This document shows, piece after piece, positions 34,422-43,283 of a stretch of 53,648 bases of DNA. Both the position numbers and the translations under genes were made by a program. Position 1 is the stretch's first letter, and every line of letters begins with the position of its first letter. The stretch spans positions 1 through 53,648 of the IMG/VR virus record IMGVR_UViG_3300024999_000141. The stretch is one strand, 5' to 3'. Below the pieces are notes generated by a model that worked only from the letters and a program-made list of their open reading frames with translations, was not told the origin of the DNA and searched no databases. The stretch is from a virus. Its lineage: Duplodnaviria > Caudoviricetes.

Positions 34422-35515
34422 AGGGCAGCCTCGACGAACTCAGGCGGCTCGCTGCTCGTCATCGTGTAAAGCTGCGGAGGGGTGACGAAGTACCCGGGCA
34501 GTCCGACGCCGTCGTCCCCGCGCCAGCTGCATGCGTTCGAGCCGACCACCGCAGGACGGGCGCGTAGCGCCTCGTGACTGGCGATCGTCCCGTCCAGCCA
34601 GTAGACCTGCATGTAGTGCGGGTGTGGATCGATGAAGTGCCAGGACCCCGAGTACCATACCTCGGCCGCCGTGTGCCCGTGGACGCCGTCCGAGTGGTGC
34701 ATCGCCACCATCCGGCCGGGCAGGCCGAGCAGCCGCCTCGCCAGCCAGAGCAGGACCCGCACCATCTGGTCGCACCACCCGATTCCGCCGATCAGAATTT
34801 CCAGCGGCCGCAGCTCGCCGGTGTGCTCCGGGCAGCCGCGCAGGTAGGTCCCGACCCAGACGACCAGGCGCGGCAGCTGCTCGCCGAGCGGCCCCGTGCC
34901 GATGGCGACCCGGGCGAGATGCAGGTAGTGGTGCAGCGGGTCGATCTCCCGGTGGATCACGACGCCGAAGTTGGCCGCGCTCTCGTCTGCGGACAGCGGC
35001 GCCAGGCGCAGCGGCGGGCGGTGGTCACCGATGTTCATCGACCACACCTCCGCGTCGAGCCCGGCGAGCAGCTGGACCAACTCCAGTGGCGAGTACTCGC
35101 GGACGTGGAACGCATTGCCCGCGCCCCACTGGTTCCAGTTCGGGGTCGAGAAGAACACGCCGACCCGCGCCACCCGGAGCAGCTGCGCGAGGAAGCCGAC
35201 GTCGTCCTCGACGTGCTCGATGACGTCCAGCGAGACGACCCAGTCCCAGCTGCCGGAGGGGTAATCCTCGATGCGCCCCGGTTGCACCAGCGGCCCGGCC
35301 GGCAGGAGATCGAATCCCTCGCAGACGCAGCCGGCCTCGCGCAAAATCTCGATGCCGTACCCCGTGCCCGCGCCCGCATCGAGCACGCTCTGGCCCTGGA
35401 CTCGGGCGGCGACCCAACGGTACCAGCGCGCCTGGCAGCCGTTCGGCTGCGCCTTCCGCTCCTCGACCGTGAGCTCGTGCATGTTGGAGACCGGACCGGC
35501 GTTGCGCGGCGTCAC
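34418..35515 (-). CDS. SAM methyltransferase fused to a transglutaminase-like domain
   Basis: VLDAGAGTGYG, DVIEHV, STPN, FHVREY; then GWCDQ...GHTAAEVW...WHFIDP (Cys-His-Asp). Confidence 0.85.
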   Translation of the reverse strand: MTPRNAGPVSNMHELTVEERKAQPNGCQARWYRWVAARVQGQSVLDAGAGTGYGIEILREAGCVCEGFDLLPAGPLVQPGRIEDYPSGSWDWVVSLDVIEHVEDDVGFLAQLLRVARVGVFFSTPNWNQWGAGNAFHVREYSPLELVQLLAGLDAEVWSMNIGDHRPPLRLAPLSADESAANFGVVIHREIDPLHHYLHLARVAIGTGPLGEQLPRLVVWVGTYLRGCPEHTGELRPLEILIGGIGWCDQMVRVLLWLARRLLGLPGRMVAMHHSDGVHGHTAAEVWYSGSWHFIDPHPHYMQVYWLDGTIASHEALRARPAVVGSNACSWRGDDGVGLPGYFVTPPQLYTMTSSEPPEFVEAAL

Positions 35516-37467
35516 AGAGCGCGCTCCACGAAGGCGGCGTAGCGGTCAGCCCACGCGGACCAACTCCAGCGCTCGGCGATCTCCCGCCGGTTGATCGCGC
35601 CCATGCGCTGCGCCCGGCCGGGGTCCGCCTGCAGCCGACGCAGCGCAGCGACGAAGGCCTCGACGTTGCGCTCGACGATCTCGATCCCGGTCTCGCCCAG
35701 GTGCTCGATCTGCGAGTCCCGCAGCTCCCGGTGGTTGCCGCTGTCGGTGGTGATCAGAGCCTGCCCCGCAGCCATCGCCTCCATGGTCGAGTTGGACGCT
35801 CCCTCGAACAGCGAGGCGCAGAGCGCCACCGAGCCGCGGCGGTAGAACGCCGGCATCTCAGCGGGAGGCAACCGGCAGGTGTGGTACTCGGCGATGACCA
35901 GCGGCGTGTGCGACTGGCGGCAGGCCGGCTCGACGATCGAGTGGAAGCCCTTGACGTCGATCCCGCTGCCGGCCGAGTTGTGCTGCGCATTGCCGTTCCA
36001 GCTGGCGACGACGCCCGGCGTCTCGCCGCGATCGAACCGGCGCACGTTGACCGGGTTGGTCAGGTAGACCGCGCCGGGACAGTGCTCCCGCAACTCGGCG
36101 AAATTAGCCGCGGTGACGACGTGGAACGCGGCGAAGCGGTTGACCAGGTCGAACTCTGCGGGGCCGGGCGGGGCCATCCGCTCCGGGTAGAACCACTGCG
36201 CCCGCAGGGAGCCGAGCACCCGGCCGCGCGGCAACACCCGATCCAGCGGCCAGCGGTGGTACGGGGCGAACACGGCGTCGTAGCCCGCCATGTCCGTGCG
36301 GGCCGCTCCACCGCCGGCGACGTAGGCGAAGTCGAACGCGAAGCGGTCGCCGAGGTACTCCGCCATGTCGTGCAGGTTCTGGTCGAACGCCCACCCCGGC
36401 ACGTCCGCCAAGAGCAGCACCCGCGGCTTCGCACCGGCCGGCTGCGGGCGCAGAGGCACGATCGGCCAGGGGCGCGGCGATCCCGAAGCTGCAGTCGGAG
36501 TCGGGCTGACCGCAGCGATGCGGCGGAGCTCGACGACCGGCGGATCCGGGTCGGACGCAGCAACGGCCGTCAGGCCGAGCGAGGCTGCGACCACCTCGGC
36601 GTAGGGCAGTCGGCGCAGCGGCACGGGCGGGGCCTCGAGCGCGGAGCGCACCGCCTCGATCCAGCGCCCGGCCGGAGCATCCACCGGAAGGAACGTCGCC
36701 GAGGTGCGGAGCGCGGCCCGGCAGCCGGGGATGTCCGACGTCACGACGGGAATTCCACGGACGGCGGCCTCGGTCATCGCCAGCGGATGCACTTCCGCCC
36801 GCGTCGGCGACAGGACCAGGAGCGCCTCGCTGAGCCAGCGATCGGGGGTCATCCCGGAGGGGGCGATCGTGACGTGCGGCAGCCGACGCCAGAGGGCCAG
36901 CTCCTGATCCGTCGCACGCCCGGGCATCACGAACCACGGGACGTCGAGCACCTGCTGCGCCACGGCGAGGGCGACCGGACCGCCCTTCGCTCGCGAGGCG
37001 CCGGGGACCACGATCGCCGAACCGACCGGCGCTCCGCCGCGCTCCGCCGCCCAGGTCGACGGGGGCAGAACGAAGCTGCGCGACCAGCCGCGCTCCGGCT
37101 CACCGAGCTCGCTCGACTTCGCCAAGGCAGCGCCATAGCCGGGGGGCAGCGGCCCGTGGTGGTGCCAGTACACCAGCCGGTTCAGCGCCCGCGCCTGTTC
37201 GGCGGCGCGCGCCGTGCGCAGCCAGGCCGGGTTGATCGTCGTGATGACGAGGTCGGCCGTCCAGTCGTCGGGGGTGATCAGCAGAGCGCGGGCGAGCCAC
37301 GTCACGCACCGATGCTGCCACGGGGGAGCGGTGCCCTCCGCGTGGTGGCAGCGCACCGTGTGGCCCAACTCGGCGAGCGTCCATGCCAGGAACGACACGG
37401 CGATCGACATCCCGTCCCGCCCGCCATCCGGGCCACCCCATCGGCGTGCGAGCAGGTCGATCCGCAT
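35512..37467 (-). CDS. Tandem double GT-B (GT4-like) glycosyltransferase
   Basis: Two E-x7-E signatures (EVHPLAMTEAAVRGIPVV and EGASNSTMEAMAAGQALI) joined by a Pro-rich linker. Confidence 0.9.
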   Translation of the reverse strand: MRIDLLARRWGGPDGGRDGMSIAVSFLAWTLAELGHTVRCHHAEGTAPPWQHRCVTWLARALLITPDDWTADLVITTINPAWLRTARAAEQARALNRLVYWHHHGPLPPGYGAALAKSSELGEPERGWSRSFVLPPSTWAAERGGAPVGSAIVVPGASRAKGGPVALAVAQQVLDVPWFVMPGRATDQELALWRRLPHVTIAPSGMTPDRWLSEALLVLSPTRAEVHPLAMTEAAVRGIPVVTSDIPGCRAALRTSATFLPVDAPAGRWIEAVRSALEAPPVPLRRLPYAEVVAASLGLTAVAASDPDPPVVELRRIAAVSPTPTAASGSPRPWPIVPLRPQPAGAKPRVLLLADVPGWAFDQNLHDMAEYLGDRFAFDFAYVAGGGAARTDMAGYDAVFAPYHRWPLDRVLPRGRVLGSLRAQWFYPERMAPPGPAEFDLVNRFAAFHVVTAANFAELREHCPGAVYLTNPVNVRRFDRGETPGVVASWNGNAQHNSAGSGIDVKGFHSIVEPACRQSHTPLVIAEYHTCRLPPAEMPAFYRRGSVALCASLFEGASNSTMEAMAAGQALITTDSGNHRELRDSQIEHLGETGIEIVERNVEAFVAALRRLQADPGRAQRMGAINRREIAERWSWSAWADRYAAFVERAL

Positions 37468-37469
37468 CG

Positions 37470-37838
37470 TCAGCGCTCCTCGAAGACCACGACGGAGAAG
37501 CCCGACGCGAGGTCTTCGCAGGTCACATACACATCGGTCGGGGTCCGGAACGACCAGAACTCGTAGGCGTACCCTGCCGATCCGGGGCTCACGACGACCT
37601 GGGTCGTGTGTTTGTCGTGAGGGCGGGCGAGTCGCAGCCGCACGACGTACGGACCCGCACCGTTGAACGTCGGAATCGTGCGGCCGAACTCCCCACCAGA
37701 CGAGACCCACATGGGCTCGCCGCCGCTCCAGACCACGGCTCCCCATGCGATCGGCACCAGAGCGGCCGTCCCGCGCGGCAGGCCGCGGGGACCACGGGAG
37801 GCCTTCAGCCGAGCACCCCGCCCAGGCAGGCCGGGCAT
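37470..37838 (-). CDS. Hypothetical tail-associated protein
   Basis: Coupled ORF downstream of the tail collar genes; beta-rich. Confidence 0.6.
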   Translation of the reverse strand: MPGLPGRGARLKASRGPRGLPRGTAALVPIAWGAVVWSGGEPMWVSSGGEFGRTIPTFNGAGPYVVRLRLARPHDKHTTQVVVSPGSAGYAYEFWSFRTPTDVYVTCEDLASGFSVVVFEER

Positions 37839-38245
37839 CAGCCGAGCACCCCGCCCTGGGCGACGACGTAGCAGTTCTGCGCGACCGCGGCGACGATCGC
37901 CAGCGACGTGGAGATCAGCTGCAGCGAGTATCCCGGAGGGAGCTGCAGGTCGAGTTGGACGATGACGGGGTCGGCGTAGAGGCCTTCGGCCTGCGCTGCG
38001 ACCTCGTGTTGCTCCAGGTAGATCACCTCGCCGGCGGGGGTCAGCACGGCCAGCTGGACGTAGCCGGCGTCGTTGCCGCCGACCGGGGCCGGACGGAGCC
38101 AGAACCGGACCGTCTCGATCAGCAGCGTGGTCGACACCAGCGCCGAGTTGGTGGCGATGGTCTCCAGGATCCCAGCCCCCGGCCCGCCGTCGTTGACGTG
38201 GGTCGCCTCCATGTAGGGCGTCTGGATGAACAGCGGTGCGGACAT
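37838..38245 (-). CDS. Hypothetical tail-associated protein
   Basis: GGAGG RBS; beta-rich 135 aa. Confidence 0.65.
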   Translation of the reverse strand: MSAPLFIQTPYMEATHVNDGGPGAGILETIATNSALVSTTLLIETVRFWLRPAPVGGNDAGYVQLAVLTPAGEVIYLEQHEVAAQAEGLYADPVIVQLDLQLPPGYSLQLISTSLAIVAAVAQNCYVVAQGGVLG

Positions 38246-38256
38246 GGTCCCTCCGA

Positions 38257-38754
38257 TCAGGAGAAGTGACTGAACGCGTAGAGCTTCGAGCCGATCGTGT
38301 CCTCGTCCACGTACAGCCGCGTCGCCAGCACGACCGAGGGGTCGGCGGTCAACGTCAGGGCGTCTGCAGCGTTGGCGATGGCCACGTTGAGCCGGATGTA
38401 GGCAGCGACCGAGGCCCCGTCGACCCCCGGGTCGGGCTTGTAGGTTTCCGGGATCAGGGCGACGAGGATGAGGTCGCCCTCCGAGTCGAAAGCGCCGGCC
38501 TCGCGCATCGTCCAGCCGCCGTCACCGACGGGAATGGTCGCCTCGACGCGGACCTTGTCTGTCGTGCCCGGGGCGACCTCGACGGAGTTGACAGCGCCGC
38601 GCCAAACCTCGTTGCCAAGGGCGACAGCGGCGACGTCGGGCAGCGTGGCCACGTCCCCGACCGCCACCTCGGTGATCTCGAGGGGGTAGCCGCCGGCCAG
38701 CGCGTTGGCGATCTTGGCCAGCCCGACGGTGGTGATCAGCTGCAAGAACGCCAT
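38257..38754 (-). CDS. Tail collar / fibre N-terminal domain protein (DUF3751-like)
   Basis: TTVGLAKIANA...AVGD...GGWTMREAG...PETYKP...DPSVVLATR. Confidence 0.88.
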   Translation of the reverse strand: MAFLQLITTVGLAKIANALAGGYPLEITEVAVGDVATLPDVAAVALGNEVWRGAVNSVEVAPGTTDKVRVEATIPVGDGGWTMREAGAFDSEGDLILVALIPETYKPDPGVDGASVAAYIRLNVAIANAADALTLTADPSVVLATRLYVDEDTIGSKLYAFSHFS

Positions 38755-39398
38755 CAGAGCACCTCGGTGTGCAGCCCGATCTCCGGAAAGCCGCCGCAGA
38801 CCAGCGTGGATTCGACCGTCATCGTCTCGCTCAGCTCGAGCAGGTGCGCCCGCACCGGGACGTAGGCGTCCAGGATCTGCATCAGGTTCGCCAGCTCGGT
38901 GAGCGTCAGCCCCCGATGCTCAATCAGCGCGTCCACCCGATAGGTGAACGGCGGGTCGGGGGGCACCGACTGCCACCACTCGGTCAGCGAGAGCATGTTC
39001 GTCCGGATGTCCCAGACCGCGGCCCCCGCGTCCCACTCGACCGCACCGCCATCCCAGAGCGCCGGGGTCTCCATCAGCTCGGTGACCCGGTCCCAGGCCC
39101 AGCGCGTGCCGCGGCGCCGGTAGACGTTCACCATCTGGGCGAGGACCGTGCGCTTGCGCTCAAGGCCGGCAGTCGCCCAGCCCTCCAGATCGACCAGCCC
39201 GAACCACCGCGCCGCCTTGTCGGCCTGCGCCTCGGTCAGCGACGGCACGCGGGAGAAGAACGCGCACTGCTCGGCCAGGGCGGCGATCGCCTGGATCTCC
39301 GGGTCGAGCGCCTGCACAAGGGCGACGGCGTCGGCATCCTCTGCGACCAGCCCGGCCAGCGCGTCGACCAGGGAGCCGGTGAGGATCGACGTGCTCAC
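38754..39398 (-). CDS. Baseplate protein, P2 gpI-like
   Basis: YRRRGT, EWW...PFTYRV and PVRAHL motifs; synteny. Confidence 0.85.
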   Translation of the reverse strand: MSTSILTGSLVDALAGLVAEDADAVALVQALDPEIQAIAALAEQCAFFSRVPSLTEAQADKAARWFGLVDLEGWATAGLERKRTVLAQMVNVYRRRGTRWAWDRVTELMETPALWDGGAVEWDAGAAVWDIRTNMLSLTEWWQSVPPDPPFTYRVDALIEHRGLTLTELANLMQILDAYVPVRAHLLELSETMTVESTLVCGGFPEIGLHTEVL

Positions 39399-40489
39399 GC
39401 GGACAGCCCCATGTACTGCGGTGCAACGACGTAGGCGTCACGGACGGCGTGCTCATGCGACGCCAGCGCGGCGAACGAAGGTTCGATCACGTTCACGCGC
39501 CGCGCCCCGGCTCCGTAGAGCAGGCCGATCAGCTCGGTCGGGTCGACGTCTCGGCCCAGCGCCGCCTCCTGCCAGTCGCAGAACGCATCCTGCGCCACCT
39601 CGACCGCCGCCTGGACGTCGGCGATGACCCCGGAGTCCGTCTGCCGGATCCAGTACTGCACCTGGACGGTGTAGCTCACCTCCGGCGCCTCCAGCACCGT
39701 CACCTGGTCGGTCAGCGGGCGGGCCTCGTCGGCCGACACCTCGGCGTCGACCACGCTGATGACGTCGGCGATCACCGCCGGGTCTGCCGAGTCGACCAGC
39801 AGGTAGACCTCCACCTCGCCGGGGTCGGGGCTGATGGTCGCTGCGTCGATGACGCGGGTGTCGGCGAGCCGGGCGAGCTGGTTGTAGGCGGAGCGCGGCC
39901 CGCAGGTCGTGAAGCCATCGGGAGCGGCGATGACCGACGGCCGGTACTCGTCGTCCGTCTGCTCGTCGACCCCGCCCGCCGTGGCGGTGGTGTTCGCCGC
40001 GGTCACCCCGGCGATCGGATCGACCAGCACGGTGATCGTCCCCGCGGGCAGGTCGTTGCTCTCCGGCCCCACGACGGTGCAGCGCGAGGCGCCGGAGCCG
40101 GCGAACACCCCGACGGCCAGCGTCAGCTCGTCGACCAGCGCCCAGAGAAACGCGCCGTCCGGCGTGGTCACCCGGTGGCCGGCGGGGATCACGAGCTCCA
40201 CCGCGGCCACGGTCCGGGTGTACTCGACCGTCGTCGTCGACCCCTCGCCGGCCGGCCTTGCGGCCCCGACAAACGCTCCGAGGGCATCGAGCGCCGCGTC
40301 GTCTGCGTCGAACGGCAGGTTGCGCAGGTCGGCCAGCTCGATCAACGTCCGCAGGTGCGACAGGTACTCGATGATCGACTGCAGCAGCAGCCGCACCGGA
40401 TCGGCCAGCAGCAGCGTGCGACCCGTGATCATGGTGAACCGGGCGAGGACCTCCGCCTCGATCTCCGCCGGGGTCTTGGCGACGGTCAT
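39395..40489 (-). CDS. Baseplate J-like protein
   Basis: LDALG, GGVDEQTDDEYR, GPRSAY and RPLTDQV motifs. Confidence 0.93.
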   Translation of the reverse strand: MTVAKTPAEIEAEVLARFTMITGRTLLLADPVRLLLQSIIEYLSHLRTLIELADLRNLPFDADDAALDALGAFVGAARPAGEGSTTTVEYTRTVAAVELVIPAGHRVTTPDGAFLWALVDELTLAVGVFAGSGASRCTVVGPESNDLPAGTITVLVDPIAGVTAANTTATAGGVDEQTDDEYRPSVIAAPDGFTTCGPRSAYNQLARLADTRVIDAATISPDPGEVEVYLLVDSADPAVIADVISVVDAEVSADEARPLTDQVTVLEAPEVSYTVQVQYWIRQTDSGVIADVQAAVEVAQDAFCDWQEAALGRDVDPTELIGLLYGAGARRVNVIEPSFAALASHEHAVRDAYVVAPQYMGLSA

Positions 40490-40746
40490 CGGAGCCTCAC
40501 GGTGGGCGCGAGCTGCCCGTCGATGCCGTTGGCGACGGAGATCGAAGCGACCTCGGCGCGCGGTTCATAGGTCCGGATCTGGACGGACAGCGCAGCGGCC
40601 AGTTTGGCCGAGGCCACCTGCACCGGGCGGTCATGCAGCTCGAGCAGCCCGAGCGCGCGGAACATCGGCTGCGACCCGCGTGCCGTGGCGACGATGCTGC
40701 GCACGTTCTGGGCGACTTCCTCCGCCGCTGTCGGGGCCCAGTTCAT
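40486..40746 (-). CDS. Baseplate wedge protein, gpW/gp25-like
   Basis: EEVAQNV..I..T.RGS.P..R..G...YEPRA. Confidence 0.85.
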   Translation of the reverse strand: MNWAPTAAEEVAQNVRSIVATARGSQPMFRALGLLELHDRPVQVASAKLAAALSVQIRTYEPRAEVASISVANGIDGQLAPTVRLR

Positions 40747-41129
40747 CAGGCGTACTCCTCGAGGGAGAGGTCGACGGCGATCAGCTGCACCACGCCGCTC
40801 CCGGAGACGCGGCGCCACACCTCGGTCATCGTCTTCACGATCCAGCTGCCGCGGTCGACGCCGCCCACCATGAACGGCAGGACCTCGCCGGCCTCCGTCG
40901 CGCGCCGCAGGACCTCGGCCTCCGCCTCGGGGTCGACGCCCAGCGCAGCGTCCAGCCGGATCCCGAAGCTCATCGTGCGCAGCGACGGGCCGTTGAACTC
41001 CTGCAGCGGCTTCTGGCCGATGACCTCGTGCGCCACCCAGCGCGCCGACGTCGTCATGGTCGCCCCGTCGAAGGTCCGGACCAGCGCTGCGGAGGCCTCG
41101 AAGACGGTGTCGCCCAGCGTGGCCAGCAT
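40746..41129 (-). CDS. P2 GpU-like tail protein
   Basis: LGDTVF, WVAHEVIGQKP..EF.GP and LSLEEY motifs. Confidence 0.88.
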   Translation of the reverse strand: MLATLGDTVFEASAALVRTFDGATMTTSARWVAHEVIGQKPLQEFNGPSLRTMSFGIRLDAALGVDPEAEAEVLRRATEAGEVLPFMVGGVDRGSWIVKTMTEVWRRVSGSGVVQLIAVDLSLEEYA

Positions 41130-41392
41130 CAGCTCAGCGCCCCGGTGCCGGCGCCGGTGACCGTGCCCGTGCCCGTCCCTGCGCCAGCAGGGCAGGCGGT
41201 CACGTCAGCGCTCGTGCCGGTCACCGTGGTGGTCACCGTGGCCGTCCGGATGTAGGCATCGAGCCGCGCGGCAAGGGCGTTGGCGATGGCCTGCGCCTTG
41301 CTCTCGGCGGTCGCCTCGGGGTCAAGATCCTCGAAGATGGCCTGCAGGTCGGACTTGAGGTCCGCCTTGAGCTGCGCCACGACCATCGGCAT
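41129..41392 (-). CDS. Small baseplate/spike-associated protein
   Basis: Helical N-terminus and Gly/Thr-rich C-terminus; between the gpV and gpU genes. Confidence 0.6.
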   Translation of the reverse strand: MPMVVAQLKADLKSDLQAIFEDLDPEATAESKAQAIANALAARLDAYIRTATVTTTVTGTSADVTACPAGAGTGTGTVTGAGTGALS

Positions 41393-41395
41393 CGA

Positions 41396-41962
41396 CTACT
41401 CCAACTTGACCGTGGCGCTGTTCAGGACGGCGCCGTCGACGTCAGCTGCCATGGCGCCGGCGATCGCCGAGAACAGCCCGGAGCCATAGTCCGTCGTCGC
41501 CCCCGTCAGCTGCCCGGGCCCGGAAGGCGTCGCCACCTGCACGCTGGCCAGCAGCTCCCGGAGCCCGACAAGGATCTTGAGCAGCACGTCCCCGAAGGGA
41601 GCGGGGTGGCCAGCCTGCGATGACCCGAGGCGGATGTCCGTCCCTCCGATCACGCGCACCGCAGGGTCGCCCTCCGGCGGCGGATTCGTCGCGTCGTACA
41701 GAGCACCGAGGCAGAACCCATCGGTCTGGTCCGGCGGATTCATCAGGCACAGCACGGCCTCGCCGAGCGCCGGCATGTCGTTGTCCTGCGCACCGACGGT
41801 GCGGCGCTGGACGACCTGCAGCGGCTGCGACGTGACCCCGTCCCGATCAGCAAACGTCACCCGCACCCGGGCGCCAGGCACATGCTCGGCGACCTTCCCG
41901 ACACGGATCAGCCCATCGAGCAGCTCCGCCATGCGCCCGTTGCCAAGGATGCCGTCGCTCAT
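41396..41962 (-). CDS. Baseplate spike protein gpV
   Basis: LIRVGKV...RVRVTF...MPALGEAVLC...GFCLGALY. Confidence 0.88.
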   Translation of the reverse strand: MSDGILGNGRMAELLDGLIRVGKVAEHVPGARVRVTFADRDGVTSQPLQVVQRRTVGAQDNDMPALGEAVLCLMNPPDQTDGFCLGALYDATNPPPEGDPAVRVIGGTDIRLGSSQAGHPAPFGDVLLKILVGLRELLASVQVATPSGPGQLTGATTDYGSGLFSAIAGAMAADVDGAVLNSATVKLE

Positions 41963-43080
41963 GCTGCCGACCGCTTGATCTTGAGACCGACCGTGTACCC
42001 GCCGCTGACGGCGTGGGTCGCGGTCTCGATGAGGTACTTCCCGTCGAGCTTGTTCCACCCAGCGAGGCGGATGCTGTTGCCCGCGACCAGCCGGACGTCG
42101 CCGACGACGTTCAACGAGCCCTCGGCCTGGTGTGACTGCGTCGCGGCCAGCCGGGCCTTCGCCAGCGCCTCAGCCTCGGCCTTCGAGCGCGCCCGCTTCC
42201 GGATCACCTCGGTAGCGTCGACATCGAAGCTCTGCGGGATGATCGCCGGCGCAGCCTCGACGCCGAGCTCGCCCAGGATGCCCTCCTCCATCACCGGCCT
42301 CGACAGCCCGAGCGGGTCGTCAGGATCCTCGGTGGCGGTCTGGGTGCACTCCTGCAGCGTTCCGCTCACGGGGTCGCTGTAGATGACCTTCACCCGCGGG
42401 ATCGACAGAAAGGCCTTCACCTCCAGCGACCAGCTGATGATTCTCGATTCACCGAGGGTGTAGCTGACGACCTCGTCCTTGGCTGCGTAGACCGCCAGGT
42501 CCCAGACCACGAGCTGGCCGTCGGTGACCTTCAGGGCGAGGTTGTACGCGTCGCACATGCGGCCGAGAAAGGCCAAGTCCGTCTCGCTGCTCTGGTCGAC
42601 CCGATCGATGACCTCGCCATCGGGTGCATCCCAGACCAGGGTCATGCGGGCACTCGCTGCGACGTCCGCCGCAATCGTGGCCAGCGTGGCCGATTCCCAC
42701 GCTCTGCTGCGCTTCGTCTTGCGCGCCGCCAGCCCGGTCGGCACGCTGACCCCGCCCAGCGTCACCTTCGACGGCGGGCCGCTCAGCCCGAGCTTGTCGA
42801 CGGTGAAGGTCCCGCAAAACAGGCTGCCGCCGCCCTCGCCCCACTCGTCGGCGTGGATCCGCACCTCGACGGTGTCGCCGGTCCCGGGCAGCCAGTCGCC
42901 GCGCCAGAGGCCTTCGCGGTCCTGCAGCTCGAGCGAGACCTCGTCGGCCTTGCCGCCCTTGTTGTCGATGTAGGTCGTGCCCAGCAGGTACGGCGCCAGG
43001 TCCGCGCTGATGTCCTTGCTGTCGTAGACGACCTCGACCCAGCTGCGGCGCGCCAGGGTCACGGCCGCCGCCAGGGTCAC
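41959..43080 (-). CDS. Late control D / baseplate hub protein
   Basis: DISADL, ADEVSLEL, QSSETDLAFL and GKYLIE motifs. Confidence 0.9.
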   Translation of the reverse strand: MTLAAAVTLARRSWVEVVYDSKDISADLAPYLLGTTYIDNKGGKADEVSLELQDREGLWRGDWLPGTGDTVEVRIHADEWGEGGGSLFCGTFTVDKLGLSGPPSKVTLGGVSVPTGLAARKTKRSRAWESATLATIAADVAASARMTLVWDAPDGEVIDRVDQSSETDLAFLGRMCDAYNLALKVTDGQLVVWDLAVYAAKDEVVSYTLGESRIISWSLEVKAFLSIPRVKVIYSDPVSGTLQECTQTATEDPDDPLGLSRPVMEEGILGELGVEAAPAIIPQSFDVDATEVIRKRARSKAEAEALAKARLAATQSHQAEGSLNVVGDVRLVAGNSIRLAGWNKLDGKYLIETATHAVSGGYTVGLKIKRSAA

Positions 43081-43283
43081 GGCCGCCGCCAGGGGGGCAG
43101 GTTCGGCGACGTGTCCGGCGTCGGAACCACCGGCACCGTCAGCACCAATCCGGCGGGCAGCCGCACCAGGTAGGCGTGCGCCGGGTTGGCCAGGATGAGC
43201 AAGTCCATGTAGCGCTCATCGCCCAGCAGGGTGTAGGCGAGCGCATCCCAGGTGTCGCCGCTGGCGGTGGTGTGCTCAGCCAT
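43077..43283 (-). CDS. Tail protein X (LysM-like)
   Basis: TASGDTWDALA...ANP...LPAGLVL.VP...LPPW. Confidence 0.92.
   Translation of the reverse strand: MAEHTTASGDTWDALAYTLLGDERYMDLLILANPAHAYLVRLPAGLVLTVPVVPTPDTSPNLPPWRRP

Noticed and set aside
29541-35515. Lasso peptide or other RiPP cluster (AsnB-like cyclase, transglutaminase-like peptidase, SPASM enzyme, small ORF)
   Set aside because: AsnB keeps an intact Cys2 glutaminase domain, no PqqD/RRE domain is visible, and the 64-aa ORF lacks lasso or Cys-rich precursor features; the glycosyltransferases point to glycan chemistry. Disfavoured, not excluded.
28578-38754. Diversity-generating retroelement or invertible tail-fibre switch
   Set aside because: No reverse transcriptase, invertase or template/variable repeat pair was seen
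43052-43093. 18-bp tandem repeat at the tail X / gpD junction as a mobile-element scar
   Set aside because: In-frame micro-duplication of the start region with no associated element
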